Positions 1 to 10,824 of a stretch of DNA of 64,000 nucleotides are shown here, piece by piece. Position 1 is the first letter of the stretch. Each line of letters begins with the position of its first letter. Source of the stretch: Macrostomum lignano (Eukaryota). The stretch spans positions 1-64,000 of the forward strand of contig NIVC01003879.1 in assembly GCA_002269645.1 (NCBI GenBank), read 5' to 3'. The notes beneath the pieces are model-generated. The model worked only from the letters and a program-made list of their open reading frames with translations, searched no databases and had not been told where the DNA came from. The translations under genes and the position numbers were made by a program.

Positions 1-428
1 TTTTCAGGCCCCGCTGAGAATCTCTGCCAGCTCGTCCGCTATACCTAAGGGCTACTGGGCGAGCGACCGTCCGCACCTCCTCCCTTAAAATCAAATTGAA
101 ATTCAAGTTCAAACATCTGAATGCGATAGTTAATAGGCATTGAGTTAACTGACTATTTTGGTTTGTATTTAGTGATGTTTAATAAGCGGCTTATCACCAC
201 TGGGTATAAGTAGACATACATGTAATCCCCAAAAAATCCTGTCTGAAAAAATTGTCGCCGAAAACTATTAAGACTTTAAAAGCGCTGTAACAGTATTTAA
301 AGATATTATTAAAGTTTCTCAGGTCAGCTCATCCACAAGTATCAGCCGGTGTTTCTAATCAGTTGAACAGTTGCTCGAATCGAAGTTGCAAAATATTTAT
401 TCCTTATAGATGAGGAGCTCGAAAGTCT

Positions 429-1367
429 TCATTGAGACGTTGAGATTCGCACGGTTCCAGAGTCGTAAAGGTAGTAGAATATGCCATCGTACTTGCCATC
501 AGAGTACATCTTGTAGACTCCGTTCGGGTTGATGGCCGCGCAGTGTCCATACCACCAGCCGGCTGACTTCTCGGCAGCGCAGCTGCCATAAAAGTGTGCG
601 TCATTGTCATATTCGGGCGTGCTGAACTGATGGTCATTTGGCAAATAAAGTGCTTCAGTTCGCTGTCCGACGCTTGACCTGCTCGCGTCCAGTGGTCCCA
701 TCGAGCACCTGTACTTATCGGCCACTGGGCTAACAGAGAACGGAGCATTCTCAGCCCAGTACCAATTGCCGTTGAAGTCACTGAACTCCCAGCGGACTCT
801 CCACACTCCAGTGGCGGTCAGCTGGTGGAGCTGCTCCAGTCCCATCCAGTAGTTGAGTCTCTCGCCCTGACCGAATCCATTCACGTAGTCCCCCCAGTTC
901 CGGTCGAAGCTGACGGAGCCGTCGACTCTGTGCTGGAACGTCGTCCAGCAGCTCAACGGTTCCTTGAACTGAAATTAACAAGAGATGAAGTTCGCGCATG
1001 AGAACTCAGCTACAACTCGACAGTATCCTGATCACTGAGCTGTGCTACTCACCCACAGCTTCGCCAGGCCAGGATCTCCCTCGTGCCGGCACTTTTGGCA
1101 GGCGTCCTTGCTGCCTCGGTTGCACACCAGCAGGGTGCAGTCACCCGACTCAGAGCTAAATGAGACAGCGTGAGCAGCTTCGGCTCTGCTCAGACAGTCG
1201 ATCTTGCTGTCACTCTTGAGCACTCGCAGCACCCTGTACTCAGAGATGTCACTGGACTGCAGCTTCCAATTCGAGAGGGAATTAGAAGAGTCAGCTGGCT
1301 CAGCAACCACAGCCAAGGCGATTGCAAACATCCAACAAGTACATGTAAGTCGCAGGTTGGGACTCAT
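429..1367 (-). CDS. Secreted fibrinogen-related protein (signal peptide + PAN/apple-like segment + fibrinogen C-terminal domain); exons 1367-1053 and 968-429
   Basis: Hydrophobic N-terminus (WMFAIALAVVA). Phase-0 intron TGG|GTGAGT...TTTCAG|TTC joins the two ORFs in frame (LW-FKEPLSCWTTFQHRVDGSVSF). FReD motifs: FQHRVDGSVSFDRNW, YWMGLEQLHQLT, FSTPEYDND, SCA...GWWYGHC..INPNG. Confidence 0.9.
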
Positions 1368-1954
1368 TCTGTAATTTTATTGATGACTGTCAGAGCTTTA
1401 TATTGGGTTGCCAATATCGAGAGGATACCGATTGGAGATCTTATGAGCTGTGTTCGCACCTCGCAAGCGAGTTTTCCCCTGCAAAATTGACTTGTATTTA
1501 TACATAGGGATAAATGCAACTGAAAGCTTTTCATTGTGAATCTGAATGCCGATTGTGTCCCATTAAAACCCCCGACAAAAAGGCTTCCAAACTGGGACCG
1601 ATAGCTTCATTTGTCTTTTTCTGCTCTGTCGCGCTTGCAAATTTCTGCAAAGAAATGCTTGCGCCACTGACGAAGCTGTGGAGATGTTTGGCTATTATGA
1701 AAAATTGCTCATCCACGAGGCGTTTGAAGCTGCGATGCTTTGAATTCGTTTCCAGCTCTCAGAGAACAGGCAGCAGTTCCAGCTCATTACCTGTTTAGAT
1801 AGAAACTCCATTGTTGAGCTGCAATGTGCAGTTCCGTTATTGTCTTCTTGTAGGCTGTAACAGTAACAGAATTCAGCTCTTTTTAAATGGAGCTCGACAC
1901 AGGTTCCTGCAGTTAGAGATGCAGGGGATCTGGGAGGGTGGCGATGGTGGGATA

Positions 1955-2033
1955 CCTATCTATCTATCTCTGTCCTGTCTGTCTGTCTGTCTGTCTGTCT
2001 GTGATCTGTCTGTCTGTCTGTCTGTCTGTCTGA
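1955..2033. repeat. (TCTA)n/(GTCT)n microsatellite
   Basis: Direct reading of the sequence. Confidence 0.9.
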
Positions 2034-2083
2034 CATAGAGGAGAGTGTCTGTCATGACAGTCTGTTATGACATCCACGAAGAG

Positions 2084-2705
2084 ATAGTGGCACCCACCAA
2101 GAGACAGTGGCACCCACCAAGAGACGGTGGCGCCCACCAAGAGACAGTGGCACCCACCAAGAGACAGTGGCGCCCACCAAGAGACAGTGGCACCCACCAA
2201 GAGACAGTGGTGCCCACCAAGAGACAGTGGTGCCCACCAAGAGACAGTGGCACCCACGAAGAGACAGTGGCGCCCACCAAGAGACAGTGGCGCCCACCAA
2301 GACACAGTGGCGCCCACCAAGAGACAGTGGCACCCACGAAGAGACAGTGGCGCCAACCAAGAGACAGTGGCGCCCACCAAGAGACAGTGGCACTCACCAA
2401 GAGACGGTGACACCCACCAAGAGACAGTGGCACCCACGAAGAGACAGTGGCGCCAACCAAGAGACAGTGGCGCCCACCAAGAGACAGTGGCACTCACCAA
2501 GAGACGGTGACACCAACCAAGAGACAGTGGCACTCACCAAGAGACAGTGGCACCCACCAAGAGACAGTGGCGCCCACGAAGAGACTGTGGCACCCACCAA
2601 GAGACAGTGGCGCCCACCAAGAGACAGTGGCACCCACCAAGAGACAGTGGCACCCGCCAAAAGACAGTGGCACCCACCAAGAGACAGTGGCGCCTACCAA
2701 GACAC
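2084..2705. repeat. 20-bp minisatellite GAGACAGTGGCGCCCACCAA (about 30 copies)
   Basis: Tandem units visible; explains the overlapping repetitive ORFs in both directions. Confidence 0.95.
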
Positions 2706-3853
2706 CAAGTGTTGGCACCCTTCAGGTTTGCGGTTACCCTTCAATCAAAATTAATCAGACCCACCGCTAATATACTTGATTTTCATTTAGACGCCTTGGT
2801 ATTTTATATACAATTGCTAGGTGACAAAGTTTAAAACGAATATGTACTCGCGCGTAAACAATTCAAGAAACTAATTCTTGAATTGTTTACAAGAATTACA
2901 TGTCATTATGAAGGCAGTGTGGGGTGCCAAGCAACAATCGAAATAATTAAGATAAAGTGAACATTTTACAACAACTTTTGAACTGATATTTTCAACTGAT
3001 ATTTAAAAAATCTAAAATTAGAAAAAATGAATATTTCCAGAATATTAGCAGCTTGCTGTGGATAAATATATAGAGTGAATAATGGCTTTGCAGCAGAATA
3101 ATGCATAGTCTGAATCTATACACAGTTTCATTTTTGGGCATTATTGTCATTCGAATTGTCCTGTGACTCATCGTCTGGGTCTCCTCCTCGTTTGTCCCCT
3201 CTTTCGTCTTGAGCGTCTTGCAGCCGACCGGTTTGTGTTTCAGCACTGATCTGCCTAAAACTATCCAAATAACGTAGCCGGCTGGCCAGTATAGCGCTCC
3301 TTGAGTTGTACTCGGATGCCTTAAAGCGGCGAACGGATCATATAAATGGTATTTTGTGCTCGATTTGGAACAGTGAAAATTGGATTTGTAAACCTATTGC
3401 GCAAATCTCTGGCATCCAAGCACTTGTCTAGATTTAGCCATATATTTTGAGGCTAATTGCATCAAACTGCTAATAAATCATACATATGCAAGCCAGGTGC
3501 AAAATTGCATGCTCATGGACACCTGCATTTGAAGTGAAACATTTTGGCTCTGAAACACTTCCATCCAATCTGAATGTTTTACCAACCAATGAATGCTCCA
3601 ACTAGCAAAAGCCGAGGTCGACGTCACCACCCAATGAAAAAGGATATGCACTATCGAAATTATTGACCATTGCGAGACTGTTGTTTTATCAAGTAAAGTC
3701 AGTTATTTGGCTCTCGCATTGATAATCAAAAGTGATTATCAAGCTATAGTGGTGTGAGAGTCCAGAAGACCAAGGACACTCAGCATAAAATACGCTGAAT
3801 TTCAAATTCTGATGGCTGCAGCGCTAGTTTTTATTTCATTTTTGCTTAACAAC

Positions 3854-4249
3854 TTAACACGACTTGAGTGCTCTGGGGAGTGAACCGAGGTCATTTCCTT
3901 TCCCAATAACCAAACAATTCCAGATCTCTTGTGTGCTCACATTATTCAAGTAGATTTTTGCGCATCGGGAGCCGGAAGCTGAAGCTAAAAGCACTTGCTG
4001 CTTCGTCACTTTGAAGCCGCACAGGTGCTTCTCAATCAAAGACACAACCGGTCCGAATTCATTTACCAGCTTCGGGCAGTCCACTATTTGGCCGTTTGCC
4101 GCTGTGACACCCAAGCAGCGAGTCTTGACAAGCTTGTCCACAGCTAGCGACTTGGCCGAAGCCACCGTCAGCGAGTTGTCATCATCCTCGGACACGAATA
4201 TAGCCCAGCGACGCACCTGCTGGGTCGCCCTCCAGCTCGGGTGTGACAA
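3854..4249 (-). other. Out-of-frame ORF overlapping the cGLR 3' end; possible frameshifted C-terminal extension
   Basis: 131-codon non-repetitive open frame overlapping the last 22 codons of the cGLR frame; no family recognised. Confidence 0.35.
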
Positions 4250-5629
4250 GCTGACCCATTTTGAAGAGGGCAGCGGCTCTGATGTAGGCTTTGCCGACCT
4301 GAGCGGTGTCTGGAATCTGACGCTCGACGTCCAACAAAAGCTGAGTCAATCTGCCAGACCGAGACCCGACCGGAGCTTCACTCCTGATGCTTAAACAAAG
4401 CTCAGTTGCCGTGTTCATTGTGGAAACGTGCTTCGTAAAGCTGAAATCACTGCATTCCAGTAACTCTACTGATAGAATGTAGTAAGAAAGAAACGAAAGG
4501 AGAATCACGTTGACAGAAAATTTAGGCAGAGACTCAGTGAACGGTTTCAGGTCGCTGAGCAGGTTGTCTGCTGACTGACGGACGGCTGCTACAATCCTCG
4601 ATTTTGAGTCGTGGTCTCGCTTGAGGAAAACACGGGCGTCACGCAAGAAAAAATGTCTCATGCAGACGTCCTCGGAGTCTGAGCTCTCCATCATTGCCAC
4701 GAGAATGTCCAATGACTGCTGCACCAGCGCCAGCAGGTTGTCCGGGTTCCAGTCTTTCGCCGGTGTCTCGTCAAGCATGTAGAACAGCAAGTTTTTGCCA
4801 ACGTACGTCTTCAGACCGCTCACTCGGCTGCTGATCACCCTCTTGATGAGGAACTTGACGAGGATGAAGAACTGGCCCTGCACGCTGGTAAGATTGTGCA
4901 TGACGGACCTTTCCAGCAGGGTTGTGCTCACTCGAAGTCGGCTGCCCTCCAGACCGGGCGGCGCACTGCTGACAGCGTGGCACCTTGGCGACTCGCCCAG
5001 CACCTCTTCTCTCAGCGCTCTCATGATGTCATCGGACATGCAAGTCCTGTATCCGGGCTCCAACAGCTCGATGTGAGGGTAGCGGCAGCAGGAATGCGCC
5101 AAAATCAGATCAATTGCAGGCATCAGCTCCGACTCTTCGAATGCGATATTCGGTGCTAAAACTGCATTTTGAGGACACGTGTAGATGATAAATTACGTTT
5201 CTGTGTGTAATTTTGGATAAATTAGTATGCCATTATAACGAGAATTTCCTTACTGCGAACGTGTGCCTTGACGTGCCCGTCCTCATACTCCGCAGGCTCG
5301 ATCTGCTCGCAGCCGTTGCGTCGAAATCCGGCCTGCTGGCCGTCAGCGACTTGCTGGTGAATGTGGATTTGCTGGCTCGCGTCTGTCATGATGTACGTCA
5401 CGTCGATGTCGGAATCTGGAGCGACGCTTCCATCGATGCAGAAAAGGTTGGCGCCCCAGCCGTCAGCGTAGCTGCCGAAGATGTGTAAACTTTTAGCCAG
5501 CAGTCGGAGCAGGTCCTCAGCTGCCATTGCGAAGCCGCTCTGCACCGCTGCGTTGGTTGAGCGAAACCCGGCAGTTCTCATGGCTGATGACAGCGATGCG
5601 CTGTGAGCTGCGAGCTCACGGTGAGCCAT
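4182..5629 (-). CDS. cGAS-like receptor / Mab-21 family nucleotidyltransferase; exons 5629-5254 and 5161-4182 (possible frameshifted extension to 3854)
   Basis: Phase-1 intron CGCA|GTAAGG...TGCAG|TT joins ORFs 5222..5629 and 4182..5123 in frame. Motifs: FGSYADGW...DSDIDV, third acidic residue in PAIDLI, RVSTTLLERSVM (like RxSFxxxEKxL), LKTYVGKNLLFY (like LSSYHxKTxxF), W...LLALVQQSL, HFFL. Confidence 0.85.
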
Positions 5630-6639
5630 ATTTACCGCTCATACAGAACTTGCGAAATTTTTTTGGAAACCATCCGAGGCGAATACCTTTTGTTGTTAAA
5701 CTTTTATACATTAATTAAAGAGCTCTGGATTGTACCATATCGGGGGTCCAGGGCACAATTTCTGGTTATTTACTTATAACTGGCAATTGTCCTATTTTTG
5801 AGTGCTTTGCAAGGTTCCTTATTAAGAGGTTGCTTTCACTAACGCAAAATTTCACAACCGCTAAATCATCTTTTTTTCATAAACGCGAAACTCAGGCCCT
5901 TGGCCTGGCCCCCAATTATGAGCTGGATAGGCGATGCCCTTGGGGTTGTAGCAATAGAGGTGTAGCTATGTCCGCCTGGAGTCTTCCCCTCGGAAACAAG
6001 CCTTCCAGACTCACTCCAATAGTTAGCCCTTTCCAAGACTTCTGGGTTTCCCGCTCTTGGACGGCTTTTCAGTAAAAATCCAATTCTGTTTTTCGCGCAC
6101 TCCCGAGGACCTGTCTGCTGGGGGGTAGCCTGGGTGGACTCGGTCCTAGCACCGTCCCTGATTCCACTGTTGGGTTGGCGGTGTCTTGTACCGTAGGCTT
6201 GAAGTCCCTCGCTCTTTCCCTAGCTTAAGCTGGGGCCCAATTCCATGTCTCGGGGTATCTCGGGCCCTGTACTACTAATGTCTGGGCCCCTGGTAGTGCC
6301 CCTCTGCGGCAGAGCCCCTCCCAGGGCTGATCCGCGGGTAGCCAAGCTTCCCACCCCCGTTTAACAACAAACTCAAAAATCACAACTGCTAAAATAACTA
6401 AATGTCAATTATGATTTGTTCTCCTCCTTTGCGCTTAACTGTCAATTTTCGTAACACTTGAAGCCTACTGCCTTATCCAAATGCCTAAAATATAATACTA
6501 CTTTGACTCTTAGTGCTAACCGAGCTTTCACGGCTTCTTGCTCCCTATTCTGGGTCTCTACGACCTCGATAACTCCCTATTTCATGCAGATTCCTACTCA
6601 GGGTCTCTATGGTCTTTATAAAGCGCCGCAATGCCGGGC

Positions 6640-7514
6640 AGGCACTCATTTTGGCGCCGCAGGTACTCATTTTGGCGCCGCAGGCACTCATTTTGGCGCT
6701 GCAGGCACTCATTTTGGCGCTGCAGGCACTCATTTTGGCGCCGCAGGTACTCATTTTGGCGCCGCAGGTACTCATTTTGGCGCTGCAGGCACTCATTTTG
6801 GCGCTGCAGGCACTCATTTTGGCGCCGCAGGTACTCATTTTGGCGCTGCAGGCACTCATTTTGGCGCTGCAGGCACTCATTTTGGCGCCGCAGGTACTCA
6901 TTTTGGCGCTGCAGGCACTCATTTTGGCGCTGCAGGCACTCATTTTGGCGCTGCAGGCACTCATTTTGGCGCCGCAGGTACTCATTTTGGCGCTGCAGGC
7001 ACTCATTTTGGCGCTGCAGGCACTCATTTTGGCGCCGCAGGTACTCATTTTGGCGCTGCAGGCACTCATTTTGGCGCTGCAGGCACTCATTTTGGCGCTG
7101 CAGGCACTCATTTTGGCGCCGCAGGTACTCATTTTGGCGCTGCAGGCACTCATTTTGGCGCTGCAGGCACTCATTTTGGCGCCGCAGGTACTCATTTTGG
7201 CGCTGCAGGCACTCATTTTGGCGCTGCAGGCACTCATTTTGGCGCTGCAGGCACTCATTTTGGTGCTGCAGGCACTCATTTTGGCGCTGCAGGTACTCAT
7301 TTTGGCGCTGCAGGCACTCATTTTGGCGCTGCAGGCGCTATGTTTTGTCGCCCTGCAGCAAAATGCATTCATTCAAAGCTGCAAAAATCAAAAATAAGCA
7401 GAAAGTCTACATTTTTAACTTAAAATGTGGAGGGGCTAGATACTAATACTGCCCCCCCCATTTTAAAAAGTTGGGGGGCATGACCCCACTGTCCCCCCGT
7501 TCCTACCGCCTATG
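6640..7514 (-). mobile_element. 21-bp minisatellite (GGCACTCATTTTGGCGCTGCA, 6640-7335) followed by a hAT-MITE-like terminus ending CCGCCTATG
   Basis: Unit is the reverse complement of the arrays at 26005-26150 and 37920-38580. Terminal segment GGGGGGCATGACCCC...CCTACCGCCTATG resembles non-autonomous hAT ends; no matching left TIR or TSD found. Confidence 0.6.
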
Positions 7515-8604
7515 CAAATTGTTAAAGAAACTCGAGCTCATCGAAAAAGTTAAGAGTTCTGGTCTAGCTATTTGGCTTGAGCTAGCGCCTTCATATAGAA
7601 TTTTTGGATGGATCATAAGCGGGCCGCTATTGGTGTTGGCACAATTAAATTAAATATACGGAAAATTATAACAAAGAAAAAAATAAAACAAAAGAGGTAC
7701 AGTGTAACATTCAAACAAAAGCATAGAAATTCGGTGATTAGCTGGGGGATTAATATGCAAAACCAACGCTACTAAAAGTATATTGCGAAATATTAAGCCC
7801 TACTATAGCCCCACATTGAGAAAATTTCTTGCACAAGAAATTCATTCTATAATATGGCTACTCTTGTTGTGAAGAAAAACTAATTAGGCTGAATGGCCCT
7901 TTGCCATGTTTTTCCGGCCCAGACGGCTTAGTGAGCGGCGCTTACCTTACCATAGATCGACCATATCTGCAGCCTGTCAGAGGGAGCGCACCTTCACGAC
8001 AACAGACAGAGAGCTGTTTGTTCTGAAGGGTGTGGGTCAACGGCTGCAAGAAAAGTTCTTTCTCGTTGTTCTCGAAATGCTAATAAATGTATTCACAGGC
8101 GCAGCTCGGATCAACAGCAACAAGAGAATACACTGTTAGCGTCACAGGGCGCGCTTCAAGGCCATGTCGCGAATGAACGCCACGCCACCGGCCGAATCCG
8201 GGGCGCCGGCGTCAGCCAGAAGGCAGTGCGCGCCTGCCCCCGCCGGTAGGGTGCCTGAAGCTGATGCAAATTAATCCTGTTTTAACTGCGATTTGAAGGT
8301 GCGAATGACTTATATGGCGGCCATATGGACCGGTGCAACGTACTATAGCCGCTTCAGAATGCATTTGACAGGGAGTTTTAAAGATTCAAGTTTTGACTTC
8401 AGAAAGTGACGGGTTTTTTAATTTGATCCTTGTATTAGGATCTGTCACTGTTTTTGTTTTTTTATTAGAGGCAGGGGGGGTTGTGTGCACCCTGGCGCAC
8501 TTTAAGCGACATCAACACACAACCGGCGAGAGGCATTACTTGCCCATTCCGCCGACTTCCCTGAGCAGGCACACAAGCGCGCGGATACGTACGCAGGCAC
8601 ACAC

Positions 8605-9280
8605 TCACACAGGAGTGTACAGCGGCCCTAACTTTATTTTATCGCTAGGCATGTACACTTCACTGCGCCTTGGGGGGTTGGCTCTCAAGGCCGTTAATTG
8701 CACGAGCAGAGCCAAGCCGAGATTCAAATTCAATATCAGGATGCTGATATCGGCAGGCATTTGTTTCAATGACCGTGGGCGATCGGTGCGTTTTCTCCTA
8801 TATTCAGAGCACGCGACACTGCATTTTTGCAAGGGCTTGTCCCGTTTCATCTCCAGGTAGCGCGGGACGGTGCTCTCGGACTTTTGACCCATAATAGCCA
8901 TGATCTCGCTCATTGAATGCCCTTCCGATTCCAGGTCGCACACCCTGCCAACTCTAGTCTAGAACGGAGCAGGAAACAAGACCAGGGAAATTCAAATTAT
9001 TTTCAATCATACAAACAAGCACATCGGAAAAGTCACATATACTTTCATCGACCCACTAACTCAACGCGATGCTGATTTGTGTATTCCTTCGGCAGCTGGA
9101 CTTCTTTACTCAGCGCCTTCACGAAGGTCCTTAAGTGCGAGGTAGTTGATTTTCTAGGTAGAGAGCTAGCTAGGTGCGAGGTAGAGAAAGAATTCCTCGC
9201 TTCTTTCTGCTTTGAAAAAAATGCCTGGTGCCTCCGACAATCGTCGTCAGTATCACTTTTCTCCAAGAAAGTGCAAGTTC
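8605..9280 (-). mobile_element. Crypton-type tyrosine recombinase, C-terminal half, split by a 107-nt intron (9065-8959)
   Basis: Splicing CGC|GTTGAG...TTCTAG|ACT gives KEYTNQHRTRVGRVCDLESEGHSMSEIMAIMGQKSESTVPRYL, which has the spacing of the YR HxxR...G.....IM...G(H)xS......Y signature. Upstream AFFSKQK and FVKALSKEVQLPKEYTN resemble Crypton/DUF3504-type segments. Confidence 0.65.
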
Positions 9281-9384
9281 AATATCATTTGAAAGGTAAG
9301 TTAGAGCATACAAAAATACAAAGAGAAAATTACAATATATAAAATGGAGATTCCATACTTTGATTGCAGTTGGCATGTTCTATT

Positions 9385-9975
9385 TCAAGCAGGCGCATTC
9401 AGACAGCCGCAGGCCCCAAGGAGCTGCTGGGCTGTGCGCGTATCGTTGTCGTACTCATTCCAAAACCGCACGAACTGTTCCTGTCGGCGGCGGATGTCCA
9501 CCCGCTGCAGGCGTCGAACTCCTCCCTGGGCAAGCAGCTGCACCTCAACAGTGACAGGTCGCCCTTCGTCGTGCAGCAGCTTCAGAAGCAGGTAGAACTG
9601 GAGCTGGCCACGCTGCGCTCGGTGGTTCAGCTTGCGGTGCCAGCCCTCTGTATCGTTGTTAGTGCGTATCGCATGACGATAGACCGATAGCTCCGCGGTG
9701 GTCCAGATGCTGCTTCGGATCCAAGTTGACTGCACATAGTCACACAACTGCTGCAGTCGCTCCGAATCCACACTTGCACGCAGCTCATAGAATGCTCGTG
9801 CGATGTTTCCACCAGCTGGCAGGAATGGCAAACCCATGAGCTTACGACAGAAGCTCTGTGTGCGGGTTATGCCTGTTGGAGTCCAATGGCCTGAACATGC
9901 CGCCACACAGCCTGGGTATAATGGAATGCGCAGCCACGAAGAGAAGACTCAGGGAATAATGAGAAGTCGAAGCCT
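9385..9975 (-). mobile_element. MULE (Mutator-like) transposase C-terminal fragment, frameshifted
   Basis: LFPESSLRGCAFHYTQAVWRHVQAIGL (CxFH motif) in one frame, then LMGLPFLP...DYVQSTW...RTNNDTEGWHRKLN in another frame; 5' truncated. Confidence 0.85.
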
Positions 9976-10507
9976 TTGATATTTGTATATTCAATATACG
10001 CGATATCCGTGTCTTATACATGTATGTGTGTCATTTGCACATATTGGTGTTCCTTGCCTTTGTGCATTTGTGCAATATGCAACATGATTGGCTGTTCACT
10101 GAAATCCAGGCAGAGCACAACGTGTCATTCGCACACACGGTATTCCTTGCCCTTGGCATTGCATTGTGCAATATGAACGTTAACCTCTGTATTTGTCAAT
10201 TATGTACATTGCTTACATGTGTGCATTCCTTACTCTGTCCCCAGTAAGATGTACGGAAGACCCAGTGCCTTTGCATGGTGTTACTAATCGGTGAACATGC
10301 ATCATTTTGTCCAGTGTCTCGACTCTCACCCATGCACTCATACGTATTATAGCAGGAGAAATGTGTAGAAATGGATATAAATTATTGTACATATTACAAG
10401 TTGAAATTTAATATCAAACATTTTACTTCACTTAAACAAATGCATTCAGCTCGTAGGCCTAGTCAGGAAAGGAATGCATAACGAATGTATGCAATCAAGC
10501 GAGTCAA

Positions 10508-10580
10508 GCAAAACCTTTCGCCGAAATGGCTTCGCCGAAATGTCCTTTCGCCGAACTGCCTTTCGCCGAAATGTCTTTTC
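10508..10580 (-). repeat. Five-fold TTCGCCGAA array ending GTGACTTGAAGCC; probable structured DNA-transposon terminus
   Basis: Motif repeated with 12-16 nt spacing, upstream of the MULE fragment on its coding strand; partner terminus not seen. Confidence 0.5.
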
Positions 10581-10824
10581 GCCGAAGTGACTTGAAGCCG
10601 TGTTGTCTCACCTACTTTATTTTGTATAGCCTGGTAGCTAATTGCTGAACTAGATTTTGTACAGAAACTGCCGCTAATGGAATTTCTTTCTGCATAATAA
10701 TATAATAAATAGGCTGAACGAGAGGCTTAATTTAAGTTAGCTATTTGTGATTAGGCCTGCTCAGTCCTAAGAATAAGATTAAGCTTAAAATAAAGTTGTG
10801 CTTTTTAATAGGCCTAGATTAGTC

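Noticed and set aside
2992-3246. 84-aa ORF
   Set aside because: No motif and no supporting splice structure
6200-6240. HDV-like ribozyme around AAG-TCCCTCGCT-CTT
   Set aside because: P1 and the GG of P1.1 could not be placed; kept only as a structured island
6458-7446. Long ORFs in several frames (AAGTHFG, QALILAL, CSAKMSA repeats)
   Set aside because: Translation of a 21-bp tandem repeat with no stop codon; open on both strands
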